From NCBI RefSeq assembly GCF_006345805.1, contig NC_043012.1, positions 30,752,001 through 30,816,000 of the forward strand: 64,000 nucleotides of DNA, read 5' to 3'. The first letter of the stretch is position 1, and each line of letters opens with the position of its first letter. Below, piece by piece: positions 50,748-63,569 of the stretch. The DNA comes from Octopus sinensis. Taxonomy: Eukaryota. The notes below the pieces were generated by a model. The model saw only the letters and a program-made list of their open reading frames with translations. It had not been told where the DNA came from and did not search any database. The translations under genes and the position numbers were made by a program.

Positions 50748-51364
50748 GTTGTGTGTGTGTGTGGTGTTGTGTGTGTGTGTGTGTGTACTGCAAGAAAGGA
50801 AGAAAACTTATCAGCAGGAGGTATGTAATATCGAAAAGGCTAAGAAGGGGGAGGTAATTATGAAGTATTGAGCAGAAAAACACGAAGAGGCTGGTGAAGA
50901 AGACATAGAGGGCGTGAAGAAGGGGAGGTAAGAATTAATATATTTGTAAGATAAATAAACAAATGGCAGCAACATACGAGTCAACGTTCAGTTGAAAGTA
51001 ATCTCATTACCCTAGAGAGTGACATGTCGTCCGTATGAGTAAATTGGTATGCGCGTTTTTGTGTATGTATATGTGTACACACAGACATATACGTATATAT
51101 CTCTGTGTATGTGTATGTTGAGCATACATACTTATATATATATGTATGTATATATGGATTGAGATAGAGAGGGGGAGAGATAGAGAGGGAGAGAGAATGG
51201 GGTGTGAGTTGAGTTGTTAAAAGAAGCGATGCTAGTGGAGGGGGTAGATGCGCATGGGTGTGCAGGATGTATTAAATAACCGAGATCGATTAATGTGGAA
51301 AGAAGTGAGTGACATACATGGGAAAACAGTTCACGTTTTGGATATATATATATATATATATATA

Positions 51365-52540
51365 TAATTTGAATTCGCCTTGAATGGTCCCTTTGCATAC
51401 TGAACACTTGGTGAAATTGATTAATAATTAATTAATTTTGCCCTCAATTGTTGAAATTATAATTAATCTCCCTCTGATTAATGCTTGGGATTTTACCGAA
51501 ATAAGCATAGTGTTTGATGATTTTAACCCACACTGGTGGAAAGGGGAGAACAGAGATTCTTCGCTTGCTTATTTGAATTTGTTGGCACTGTTAGTTGGGA
51601 GCAGATCTTCGAAAGGGTATGTTCTTATTTTCAGTGTTTCCAAATCCAAACCAAGGAATTTCTGAGCCGATGATAGAAATGTTGTTTTGACTAATCTTGA
51701 AACGTACGTTCTCGAATAACCTTAGCATTTGATTTTTCGATGTCCTTACCCCCAAACTTTTGTGAGTTGAATTAAGCAAACACTATATATGAGAGAGATT
51801 TTCTTTAAGTATTAGAAATAGCTTTAAAAAAGTTTTTTAGCTGCTATTTCTAATGAGTTCAGTATGCGGCAAAGTAATTTATTTTACTAAGCCCTTTTAT
51901 ATAATGTAATAATTTGAATTCGCCTTGAATGGTCCCTTTGTATACTGAACACTTGGTGAAATTGATTAATAATTAATTAATTTTGCCCTCAATTGTTGAA
52001 ATTATAATTAATCTCCCTCTGATTAATGCTTGGGATTTTACCGAAATAAGCATAGTGTTTGATGATTTTAACCCACACTGGTGGAAAGGGGAGAACAGAG
52101 ATTCTTCGCTTGCTTATTTGAATTTGTTGGCACTGTTAGTTGGGAGCAGATCTTCGAAAGGGTATGTTCTTATTTTCAGTGTTTCCAAATCCAACCAAGG
52201 AATTTCTGAGCCGATGATAGAATGTTGTTTTGACTAATCTTGAAACGTACGTTCTCGAATAACCTTAGCATTTGATTTTTCGATGTCCTTACCCCCAAAC
52301 TTTTGTGAGTTGAATTAAGCAAACACTATATATGAGAGAGATTTTCTTTAAGTATTAGAAATAGCTTTAAAAAAGTTTTTTAGCTGCTATTTCTAATGAG
52401 TTCAGTATGCGGCAAAGTAATTTATTTTACTAAGCCCTTTTATATAATGTAATAATTTGAATTCGCCTTGAATGGTCCCTTTGCATACTGAACACTTGGT
52501 GAAATTGATTAATATTAATTAATTTTGCCCTCAATTGTTG

Positions 52541-52548
<8 letters not shown>
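51365..52548. repeat. Tandem duplication, ~544-bp unit x ~2.2
   Basis: gaattcgccttg at 51371, 51916 and 52459; copies differ by a few single-base changes/indels; (TA)n at both outer ends. Confidence 0.95.
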
Positions 52549-52581
<33 letters not shown>

Positions 52582-52689
52582 TAATATATTGTCGTGCAAA
52601 AGTAGACTGACGTTCTTATTTTTTAGGGTTGTGAGGCGTAATGGCTGACAGTTTAAGAGATAACGAATGAAAGTGGATTCTAAAGAATT

Positions 52690-54720
52690 GTTGGAAATTT
52701 GAATATGCAGAAACGGTGCGTCAGAAATGGACAAAACCTTTCCACACAGGCAATGGCTTTACAAAGCATAAGACAAATTAAAGGAGAGAGAATCAGAGAA
52801 GAACGCCTCGAAATTTGGAAGTCCACGAAGCGTTACTATTGAGGAAAATGAGATGCAGACAGCATTGACGTTTGTGAATAACCCTAGGAAGCTTAGCAGA
52901 CGTGACTCTGTTGAGCATCTCGCAAGGATATGTGTGTCATCTCATGAAAACAAATGGACTCGAAGCAATACCGACCAAGACTCTTGCAACATATGAGTAT
53001 GACCCAGATCGCAGGATGCGTTTCGCAGAAAGCATATTGAATGAGATTTGTGATAACGCACAATTTCTTGACAGGACTTAACATTACAAATGTCATAGAT
53101 GTGACGCTTGTGGATGATGACATAATCCAGCAAGTGCCAAACTTTAGACCTTGGAGGCATCCGCTTTGCTCTGTGATCGCCTTTGTGCATAAAATGAGTG
53201 CTTGCGACGTGAAGTCCATGTTCATTGCAAAGATCCAGCTGCATGAGACCATTGATATTCATTTTCCCTACTCCAAAACGTCCTAGAGAGTTCCATGTTT
53301 GCCAGTCTGTTCGAACCCTAGCATTGAAATCCCCAGTAGAATGACTTTATCATAATTGGGGATTTTCCTATGTATGGCTCTCAGCTGGGTATAAAAAACA
53401 GTTTTATCTTCATTGCAGCTAGTCAAAGTAGGTGCATAGACACTTATTACAGTAGCAAACCGCCCACCTTTCAGGTGCAATCGTAGAATCATTAGACGTT
53501 CATTTATAGGAACAAGAAGCTCCTCCAACTTCTTAAGGGTATCAGATCGAACTGCAAGCTACTCTGCGCTTCCCCTTCTGCCTCCCCTTCCTCAAGCTGA
53601 CCATCACCTTCCGTACAAGCCTCGGAAAGTGCAGCTATATCAATGTTATAGCGGTTCAGCTCGCGAGCAGCAAGTGCAGCGCGTCTTTCAGGCCTACAAT
53701 CACTCTTGTTATCCAAGAGAGTGCGCAAATTCCAACATGAAATGTTCAAGTTCCCTCCAGATTTTGCAAATAAAAGTCTCTTTGTTTTTCGAGCGTAGGG
53801 TGGACATCCGTCAGTCGCGCTAAACTGACCAGGTATAGAAAGACATGCAATTTTTTGTTCACCTTTTCTAGAACCTCCCTGGCCTCCGGGTGAGCGCTGC
53901 CCTCTACTGGTGGAGCTGCTCAAACTTCTATGCAGTAACCGAATCCTACCGCTGTCTTCATCGAGAAGGAGACGACTTTATATCTAGCATGGGCCACCTA
54001 CGTGCAGGTCGCTGACTACATGCTTCCAGCCCGATAGGTCTGCATGCTTCGCCACCTTCCCATCACCGCAGGACTTCCAAAAAAAAATAAAATAAAAATA
54101 TAGTAAAATATATAAATATATACTAAAAATAAAATGAAAATATATAAGGAAAAAAGAAGAAAAGCACATATGGAGCAGAGGTCAGCAATGCTTGTGCAGA
54201 GTTTTAGGTCTAATAAGGCTTGCACGACACCTCATAGACCCTCCCCACTTTATTGACATTATCCAGGGACAAGCCAGAGCAAGATGTCTTGTGCCAATAT
54301 GAATCGCAGGTTCAGCGCGATGATCACTAGCACAAACCAAAGATCACCAAAATGTCCAATGCCATTCTTTGCATGTCTGGTTTTATATCAAAGTGACCTT
54401 CTCCTAGAGACATGCTTCAACAGAAGCTGAGTGATGTCTCACTTCCAATGGTCTTTCAGCCGGACACCATCCCGGAATTTCTGCGAACCCGTGCTATTGC
54501 TAGATAGCCGTTGAGCCTGCACTAGGTTCATTCAACCTTTCAACAGGTCTTGTTTTTAATCCTGCTGTGTTTAATCCCTCCTCACCAGGATAGCAACCCT
54601 CCTCACCAGGATAGCCTGGTGGGGGTGCCAGTTTACTCGCCGGCAACCCGACCATACAACAGGTTGTACTGGATTCCATGTTTCCAGTAGCTCTTACGGG
54701 AGCCTCATAAGTGACCTGAC
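52690..54720 (-). mobile_element. RTE-clade LINE, 5' UTR plus APE endonuclease region, lacking RT
   Basis: LNISCWNLRTLLD...RPERRAALAARELNRYNIDIAALSE, INERLMILRL, ISVYAPT, DKVILLG, RSKVWHLLDYVII; upstream putative UTR with duplicated ccctcctcaccaggatagc. Confidence 0.88.
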
Positions 54721-55637
54721 ATATGTAATACTTAGATACATACATACACACGCACATACATACATACATACCATACGCACATACATACACATAATACATA
54801 CACACACATAATACATACATACACATACATACATACATACACACATATAAATATTGTATGTGTGTATATGCGAATTTTCAGTTTGACTAAGATGTGCATT
54901 ACTGCACGTTTCACAGATGCCATAAGGCATCGGTCGGATGTTTTGGATGTGCAACTACCATCGGTACGTATCGTGGTATCCAGAAAACGATGTTATTTTG
55001 TATCAGTGAAAGTAGTTGCAATTAGAAAGATAATAGAAAAGAGTTCGAATGCACATATCCTTCGATTTTTCTGCTAAACCCTTCAAAGTGCTTCCCCCAA
55101 CCTCCAATGGTCGCACTCCAGAGACTAAAGCAAATAAAGAGAGAATAAAAATACACACATACATGTATAACATGTAAATATGTAAACATGATATGATTTA
55201 TGTATGTGTGTGTGTATGGATGGGAGCGAGCATGATATGAAGTGCGTGAAAGACAGACAATTGTCATATTTTAGCTCAGTGATGCGATATGGGAGTGACA
55301 CACAGAAGAATCTGAGAGTGTTACTTATGCAGCGCACTTAAACTTAAGTGGTTCTCATTTGCCCCGCGTTAAAATCTTTGAGTACATCTTAAAAAAAAGC
55401 TCAAAAGATGGTGTGTGTGTGTCTGTGTCTGTGTATAATACGTATATACGTTTGTGTAATGTATGAAATCTACCGATTTTTGAAAAATGTACTTTTAACA
55501 ACAGAGAACTATTCTTTAAACTCATGTTTGTCTATCTCTGTCTCTGCATCTCTGCCTGTTTGTCTGCCTTTCTGTGTCTATCTATTCATTTCTATGACTG
55601 CCTGTCGCTTTCATTCTCTGTCTCTCTCTCTCTCATA

Positions 55638-55670
<33 letters not shown>

Positions 55671-55672
<2 letters not shown>

Positions 55673-56253
55673 CCATTGTTATTATGTAAAAGTGTTATAA
55701 GTCCAAAACATTGCTTTTTAAGAAAACGAAAAAAGTTTCACCATTCTGTAGCCAAACCGTTGTATTACACTTTGAAAATTTTTGATTTCTAGATATATGA
55801 AGCAGCGGAGATATGATAGCTTGACCAAAAGAACCGGCTACTGCAAACAAAAATAAATATTGAAAAAATTGCATTTGGCCAAAATTGGACATACGACAGT
55901 TTAACATAATAGCCACAATATCTTAAAGAGGTACTTTCAAAGGTATCCGTACTACACGTCTGTCTAAGCGTAGAAGTCGGTGACTGACGCGGTTTACTGG
56001 CAGGAAACTTTTCGCGTAAGCGCACGAAGAGTGGGATCACCTTTCATCCGAAGGATTTTTGCCCCATGGAATTTGTTTTAGCGGGAGAAAATAAAGTTGG
56101 ATACTTCTTAAATGCACCTCGTATATATATATATATATATATATGCTTGAATTTCTCCGAAAGTATATTCAATATATCAAACATATCAAAAATATATAGA
56201 TATATAAAATAAGGTAATCAATACATTAAAAATATACATATAAAAACATATAA

Positions 56254-56317
<64 letters not shown>

Positions 56318-56892
56318 ATTGTTATTATGTAAAAGTGTTATAAGTCCAAAACATTGCTTTTTAAGAAAACGAAAAAAGTTTCACCATTCTGTAGCCAAAC
56401 CGTTGTATTACACTTTGAAAATTTTTGATATCTAGATATATGAAGCAGCCGGAGATATGATAGCTTGACCAAAAGAACCGGCTACTGCAAACAAAAATAA
56501 ATATTGAAAAAATTGCATTTGGCCAAAATTGGACATACGACAGTTTAACATAATAGCCACAATATCTTAAAGAGGTACTTTCAAAGGTATCCGTACTACA
56601 CGTCTGTCTAAGCGTAGAAGTCGGTGACTGACGCGGTTTACTGGCAGGAAAATTTTCGCGTAAGCGCACGAAGAGTGGGATCACCTTTCATCCGAAGGAT
56701 TTTTGCCCCATGGAATTTGTTTTAGCGGGAGAAAATAAAGTTGGATACTTCTTAAATGCACCTCGTATATATATATATATATATGCTTGAATTTCTCCGA
56801 AGTATATTCAATATATCAAACATATCAAAAATATATAGATATATAAAATAAGGTAATCAATACATTAAAAATATACATATAAAAACATATAA

Positions 56893-56930
<38 letters not shown>
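55671..56930. repeat. Tandem duplication, ~643-bp unit x 2
   Basis: taccattgtt at 55671 and 56314; near-identical; (TA)n before, between and after. Confidence 0.95.
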
Positions 56931-56942
<12 letters not shown>

Positions 56943-57571
56943 TATATTGAAAAAATAAATACATATATAGGTCGACTTTCAGATTATAAAACGAAGTCAT
57001 AAAAAGAGTTAAGCCTATAAGATAAAATGCTTGAGTATTACTAATCCAGTGAAAACACCTACGGCTGTTTCTGGGGGTTCAGTTGTCCTGCCATATAAAA
57101 GATATTTACATCCATAATAGAACTTCGCCGCCTTCATCAGGGAAAATAAGATTCTAAAAAAAAGCTCACATGTACTACTTTTTATATAAATATCTGTGTA
57201 TGTGTGTGTGTCTGTATGTGTGTGTGTGTATGTGTGTGTGTATGTGTGTGTATGTGTGTGTGTGCGTGTGTAGGACACTTTAGCATAAGTGATGTAACGG
57301 GATACAGATTGCTATACAGCTATCAACAAATGGGATAAATATTTCTTCTACGTTTCTAAATTTTGAGGAAATATTACACATTCGTCACGGAGTTGTGGTA
57401 AAAGATACACGCCCAAGCTGCCTGTGGTTACAAAGCGGGCTTCTGAACCATCTGGTTAGATTATAATTCGGCTTATATTTTACTTGATTACCCTTGGCCC
57501 GTTGGGTCACTGGGAAAGTCTGAGTTTCCCAGCAACGGAGTTTTGTCTCGTGGGTTTTTTTTCTTTTCCAG

Positions 57572-57687
57572 GTTATTTCGCATGCTTTCAACTAATGTGA
57601 TATCGAAATCACGCGTAAACAGCTTCTTTCCCCAGAAAAGGAAAGATTTAGCTGCTAATTCTTGCACATCCCGCAACCAATTAACAG
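57572..57687 (+). CDS. Candidate 116-nt exon (xLFRMLSTNVISKSRVNSFFPQKRKDLAANSCTSRNQLT-G)
   Basis: Acceptor gtttttttttcttttccag, donor ACAG|gtattt; one open frame, but a 100-aa antisense ORF overlaps it. Confidence 0.22.
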
Positions 57688-58654
57688 GTATTTCAGGTCC
57701 TCTATCGCAAACAGCGGTTACATGGTAGCAAGGCGTGCTAGAAATAGCAGCTAAATCTTTGGAGCTGAGATACATCGATTGCACTTTCACAGCGAGGTTA
57801 AGAACAGGTCTTTTACGAAATATTTACTGTATTTTTAAAGTCATTTTCACTTCAACATATTTTTTAAATATGCCAAAACAAATTTTTGAAACGGCATTCA
57901 CTTGAAAATAATAAAAAAAATATTAAAATGTTGTCTGTTTAAAGAAAGCTAAAATATGAATACTTACTGTACAAACAACTTACATTTTTCGAATCACATT
58001 CACTTCTAAATATTTCTGAATGATTAAAATATTGTGTTTAAGGAAAGCGAAAATAGAAACATTTACTGTAAAAAACAATTCGTATTTTTTCGTTGTCAAG
58101 TCACTCTGTCTAATCGAAAGGTAAGAGCTTCTTCCCTTTCAGGATCAAGTTATTTTCGGAATATTTTCCCATTATGCATCGTTTTGGGTATTTATATCCC
58201 CAAAACCTCCAATATCTCCAAAACCATTGGTCCGATTTACGCGAAACTTGTTTTATTGCGTTCGTATTGACATCAGGGTAAACTTAATTCATAGTATTTT
58301 CTCCATTATGCGCCAGTTTGGCTGAGTAACATTGGAAGCAAACAAGCAAGATTCAAGCTGACGTTTACTGTATTATAGATACACAGTTTCCAACATTAGC
58401 TAATACAGAATTGAGTAGAGTCAAATATCGATGTATTGTGTCATCAGATTGTAGAAATGCGGCAGAACATTTTAGCTGAGAAGAGGAAGTAGATTTCGGT
58501 CACTATTGCTAATTCGTTGTACAGGGTGTTGGGCAAGTTATAAGGGTGGCGGCCTGGGGAAAGATAGACATATCAGAAATGATGTTGGGTAAATATTTTC
58601 GTAGGTCACTTCGTTAAGGTAGTAAATTTCAAGCGGGAAGGATGTTGTTACGCA

Positions 58655-58688
<34 letters not shown>

Positions 58689-59099
58689 GGCGTGAGTTTA
58701 TGCATGTATGCGTTCGTGTTTTTAAGTGATTACGGGATTCCTGATATATAAACGCGCCGAGTGTATATGAATGTCTTCTACCGACCGCATTATATTCTCG
58801 TAAATATAACTGAGAGTATATCAGTCGGCGCATGGACGTGATTATGTACATGTATACACCCCCACCGGTATGTATGTATATACATAATTATATAAGTGAA
58901 TATGTATATAAATACACACACGCACACATGGATGTGTGTGTGTGTGTGTGTGCGTGTGTCTATATATGTGTGTGTGTGTGAGTGCATATTTTAAGTTGCA
59001 TTTCATAGATTACTTACTCCATATCTAAATGTCAAATGGTATCAGCACCAAAATGTTTGGCTTTGAGTTTCAATAAAAACAACAACAACATTATCAAAG

Positions 59100-59495
59100 A
59101 AAGCAACAAAGAAAATAGAACCATCTTCATCATCATCAACAACAACAACAACAACAACAACAACAGTAATTGCAACAGCGGCTGCTGCCCTGGCAATCGG
59201 AGTCAGACACTCGGCGAAACTGCAAGTACCATTATAGTCATCGTCATCAACATCATCACCATCAGTACAATCACCTTCGGCATTATCATTTCATTTTATA
59301 TTTCCTGCTCCTCCGCCTCCATTTCACCACTGTCACTATCAGCACCATATTCATCATCATCGTCGTCATCGCCGTCATCATCATCCTCCTCCTCATCATA
59401 TACATCATCATCATCATCATCATCATCCCCACCATCACCATCATCATCATCATTCTAATCATCATCGTCATCATCACCATCATCATCATCATTCT

Positions 59496-59527
<32 letters not shown>

Positions 59528-59650
59528 CCACCATCATCATTCTAATCATCATCATCATCATCGCCGTCATCATCATCATCATCATCATCATCGTCATCAT
59601 CATTGCCGTTGTTGTCCCCACCACCGCCACTACCATCATCACCCTCAGCA
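59100..59650. repeat. (CAA)n/(CAT)n compound trinucleotide tract
   Basis: Direct reading. Confidence 0.92.
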
Positions 59651-59716
59651 ACTAATCTGCAACATCGCTATGTGCACGTACTGCAATTATCAGTCAGTGC
59701 CAGTTGACATCAGAGA

Positions 59717-59737
59717 TGACGTCAGCAGGTGGCGCTG
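59717..59737 (+). promoter_or_regulatory. CRE palindrome overlapping a CTCF-like motif
   Basis: TGACGTCA (59717-59724) overlaps TCAGCAGGTGGCGCTG (59722-59737); sequence match only. Confidence 0.3.
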
Positions 59738-60984
59738 GAAGAATTCTTCCTTCCTCATCGGGGAATACTGCCCCACTCCACACATCCACACACCCACACA
59801 CCCACCATCTGGATAAGCATTATCTTAGATGACTGTCTCGTTGTTGTTGTTGTTGAGGTTTTTATCGAAGGAGTGGTTGTTGTTTAGCCCCAGGCCTTCG
59901 ATTTCCGGATTCATGGGATCTGTGATCAAATACTTCTCAACTGCCGTTGCATCGTCTTATTTGAGTGTGTGTGCGCGTGCACATATATATACGAACATGC
60001 ATAGAAATATATACGCACAATTACATACATGATGGCTGCAAATTGATTTCAAGCGATGCCATCCTTTGAGTGTTCTCTTAAAGCAGCATAGAGATTGCCT
60101 TTCAGTCCTGCTGGGGACTTAGTCTTTCGCATAGATTTGGCAATGATGGGGGCCTCTTGCAGCAGGTGTTCAGAGAGTTAATGCTCATGCTGACACATGC
60201 CTTCGTTCCGTCATGGAATTTTCTACGGTCAGCCATAATAGTGATGTTAGATATCAAGTGGTGTCTGTTTCTGAGTTTTGTGAAGTGGGGACAAGCCTTG
60301 CTTCTCTAAACAACGTATGCATTTGCTCAAAAAGAAGAACTAGTCTACATCGTTGAATGCGAATGAAGTCGCAGGCATTCAGAAACAGTTTTCTTTCTCC
60401 AAGGAAGAAGTTCAACGAAGACAACGTGTGTCTCACTCCTAGCTGTTGGATGGCAATTGACTCTACTGAAGTCACCTGTCCTTTGACAGGGTTTGTTTTC
60501 GTCCTGTAGGCTTTGTAGAGTTACCGGTTTGGTCGCCGACACCTCAGCCATACGGCAGGTTGTGCATCTTCGCCACACAGTCTGCACCAAGGAAATATAT
60601 ATTTCAGTTTGTTCTTCGTTCGGAAGAGTTGATGGCGATATTTAAGAGGAATTTTGCTGCTGTTTCTTGCAGATCGAGTAGCTACGTAATAGTTTTCCTT
60701 GTTGGCTTATAATTGTTTAATGCTGGCTTTTTGCTGTTTTGTTTTAATGTTTTGGGGAAAGACAGTGCCAAAAATGCCTTCACGGGGCTTTTGATATGGG
60801 TAGGAGGAAGAGAGAAGATATCCTTCGACCGAATGCTTGCAACAGAATGGTTTCCACTTATGGCAGCCAAAGTGCTAGTTGGTAGTATTAACGAGGGTGG
60901 GATTTGAACTCATAATGCAAAGAGCGGGAACAAATTTCACTAAGTACCCGCTTCAATGTTCTCACAATCGCATCACTCAACCAT

Positions 60985-61095
60985 TCTGGATAGATACGAT
61001 TTTTTTCAGGATGAAAAGTAAAGTTGACTTCGGTGGAATTTGAACCGAGAACCTGGAACCATGTGGTTGGGAAGCAAGCTTCTTACCACACACCC
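60985..61095 (-). mobile_element. Fused SINE A head and SINE B body fragments
   Basis: aggatgaaaagtaaagttgacttcggtggaatttgaacc followed by ggaaccatgtggttgggaagcaagcttcttaccacac. Confidence 0.7.
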
Positions 61096-61119
61096 TGCAT
61101 ATATACATACATACCCTGC

Positions 61120-61151
<32 letters not shown>

Positions 61152-61588
61152 ATATAGATATATATATATAAAACAATACTGGGAGGATAAGAAATGGAAC
61201 GAAGCGACGAATCGAAACGAACCCGACGCGAAAGCGCTGTCAGACAATAGTGTAAAAAATAAAATATATGCATACATACAAACATATATGTACGTACCTA
61301 CATCTACATGTATATATACATGCATATATAAATATATATACGTGAGTACAGGACACCGCAACTAGGCGTAGAACTCAACGAGAAACGAAAACGGAAAAGC
61401 CATTTTTTTACAACAGAAAAACAGAGTACAGGACATGCTACACAAGGAAAAATCCCCAATCATCAGCTGTCACTAGTAGACTCAAGCGTGTTTCGAAGGC
61501 AAGACAGGATACGACTCGTCAAAACTAGGCCTTCCTGCGAGAGAATTAAAATAAAATTACAGATATATATATACAGTGTACATTTAAA

Positions 61589-62033
61589 CAGTGGCCTAGC
61601 GTGTAGAAAAATTAGTCAATAGACTATATATTATTCATATAAATACAGTGTACATTTAAGCACTTAAGATGTATCCGTCATAGGATTCCATGTGCGGTAG
61701 ATTTGAAAAATTCTAATGTATAAGCAAGAGGCACATGCTGGATTTGCCCCGTACTTATATGTTAATCTAGGCGTACCTGTTGATGAAGACTTCGCCTAGC
61801 AATTATTTTATTTGCTAAATTAATTCAGAAACCATGATCCAGGAGATAGATGATAAATGTTTTTATTTTTCATTCCCTTCGAGGTTTTATCCCTAATAGT
61901 GATTTGGACTTTGGCTGTTCCTTCTAGCGTGCAGGAATCTCATGACGGATATCTCTTATGTGTTTAAATGTACACTGTATTTATATGAATAATATATAGT
62001 CTATTAACTAATTTTTTACACGCTAGGCCACTG
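61589..62033. mobile_element. MITE-like element with ~110-bp TIRs (CAGTGGCCTAGCGTG...), copy 1
   Basis: 61589-61700 is the reverse complement of about 61925-62033; no TSD seen. Confidence 0.75.
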
Positions 62034-62076
62034 GTAGTAAATATTTCTAAAATCTTTATTACCCTGATATTATTAA

Positions 62077-62143
<67 letters not shown>

Positions 62144-62561
62144 AAACAATACTGGGAGGATAAGAAATGGAACGAAGCGACGAATCGAAACGAACCCGAC
62201 GCGAAAGCGCTGTCAGACAATAGTGTAAAAAATAAAATATATGCATACATACAAACATATATGTACGTACCTACATCTACATGTATATATACATGCATAT
62301 ATAAATATATATACGTGAGTACAGGTCACCGCAACTAGGCGTAGAACTCAACGAGAAACGAAAACGGAAAAGCCATTTTTTTACAACAGAAAAACAAAGT
62401 ACAGGACATACTACACAAGGAAAAATCCCCAATCATCAGCTGTCACTAGTAGACTCAAGCGTGTTTCGAAGGCAAGACAGGATACGACTCGTCAAAACTA
62501 GGCCTTCCTGCGAGAGAATTAAAATAAAATTACAGATATATATATACAGTGTACATTTAAA

Positions 62562-63010
62562 CAGTGGCCTAGCGTGTAGAAAAATTAGTCAATAGACTAT
62601 ATATTATTCATATAAATACAGTGTACATTTAAGCACTTAAGATGTATCCGTCATAGGATTCCATGTGCGGTAGATTTGAAAAATTCTAATGTATAAGCAA
62701 GAGGCACATGCTGGATTTGCCCCGTACTTATATGTTTAATCTAGGCGTACCTGTTGATGAAGACTTCGCCTAGCAAATTATTTTATTTGCTAAATTAATT
62801 CAGAAACCATGATCCAGGAGATAGATGATAAATGTTTTTATTTTTCATTCCCTTCGAGGTTTTATCCCTAATAGTGATTTGGACTTTGGCTGTTCCTTCT
62901 AGCGTGCAAGGAATCTCATGACGGATATCTCTTATGTGTTTAAATGTACACTGAATTTATATGAATAATATATAGTCTATTAACTAATTTTTTTACACGC
63001 TAGGCCACTG
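62562..63010. mobile_element. Same MITE, copy 2 (part of the 973-bp duplication)
   Basis: Identical layout to 61589-62033. Confidence 0.75.
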
Positions 63011-63050
63011 GTAGTAAATATTTCTAAAATCTTTATTACCCTGATATTAT

Positions 63051-63118
<68 letters not shown>

Positions 63119-63569
63119 TAAGTACACATTCAGAATTCTAAAGATATTATTTATGGATTTATAAACAAAAATATGCATGCAAGAGCCATGCTTTTTATGT
63201 GAGACACAATGGCGTGTGAAATATTCCTTCCATTTGAAGTTCGTTAACGAGTTTCATTAAATCATTTTAAAGATTAGAGATGTAACTGAGATCCTGGGCG
63301 TACCTACAGACAGCATGCTGCTGTGGGCAGACCACATTTCTATTGTATGTGAAAAGGCGTAATACGTTATTTGCAATTGGTGCCAAGTTGAACCGTCAAG
63401 CAAACAGCGGTCGTCTACAGAGCACAAATCCAAAGCGTTAAAAAGTACGTCTGCACGTCAGAATGTCTGCAAGTCTAATTCTTCAACTAAGTATGGCTGT
63501 GTGGTTAAGAATATAGTTGAAGGGTAATTATTTGTTAAAGAATGGAAAGCTCGATGTCTCACTGAGGCT

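Larger units (their letters stand above)
61130..63080. repeat. Tandem duplication, ~973-bp unit x 2
   Basis: aaacaatactgggagg at 61171 and 62144; near-identical; (TA)n at all three boundaries. Confidence 0.95.

Noticed and set aside
51610-51645. 18-nt mini-intron GTATGT...TTTTCAG in the duplicated unit
   Set aside because: Too short for a spliceosomal intron; likely coincidental
60345-60590. Bel-Pao integrase zinc finger (RRCTTCR...QRTGDF)
   Set aside because: Only a loose resemblance; no downstream DDE motifs or LTRs
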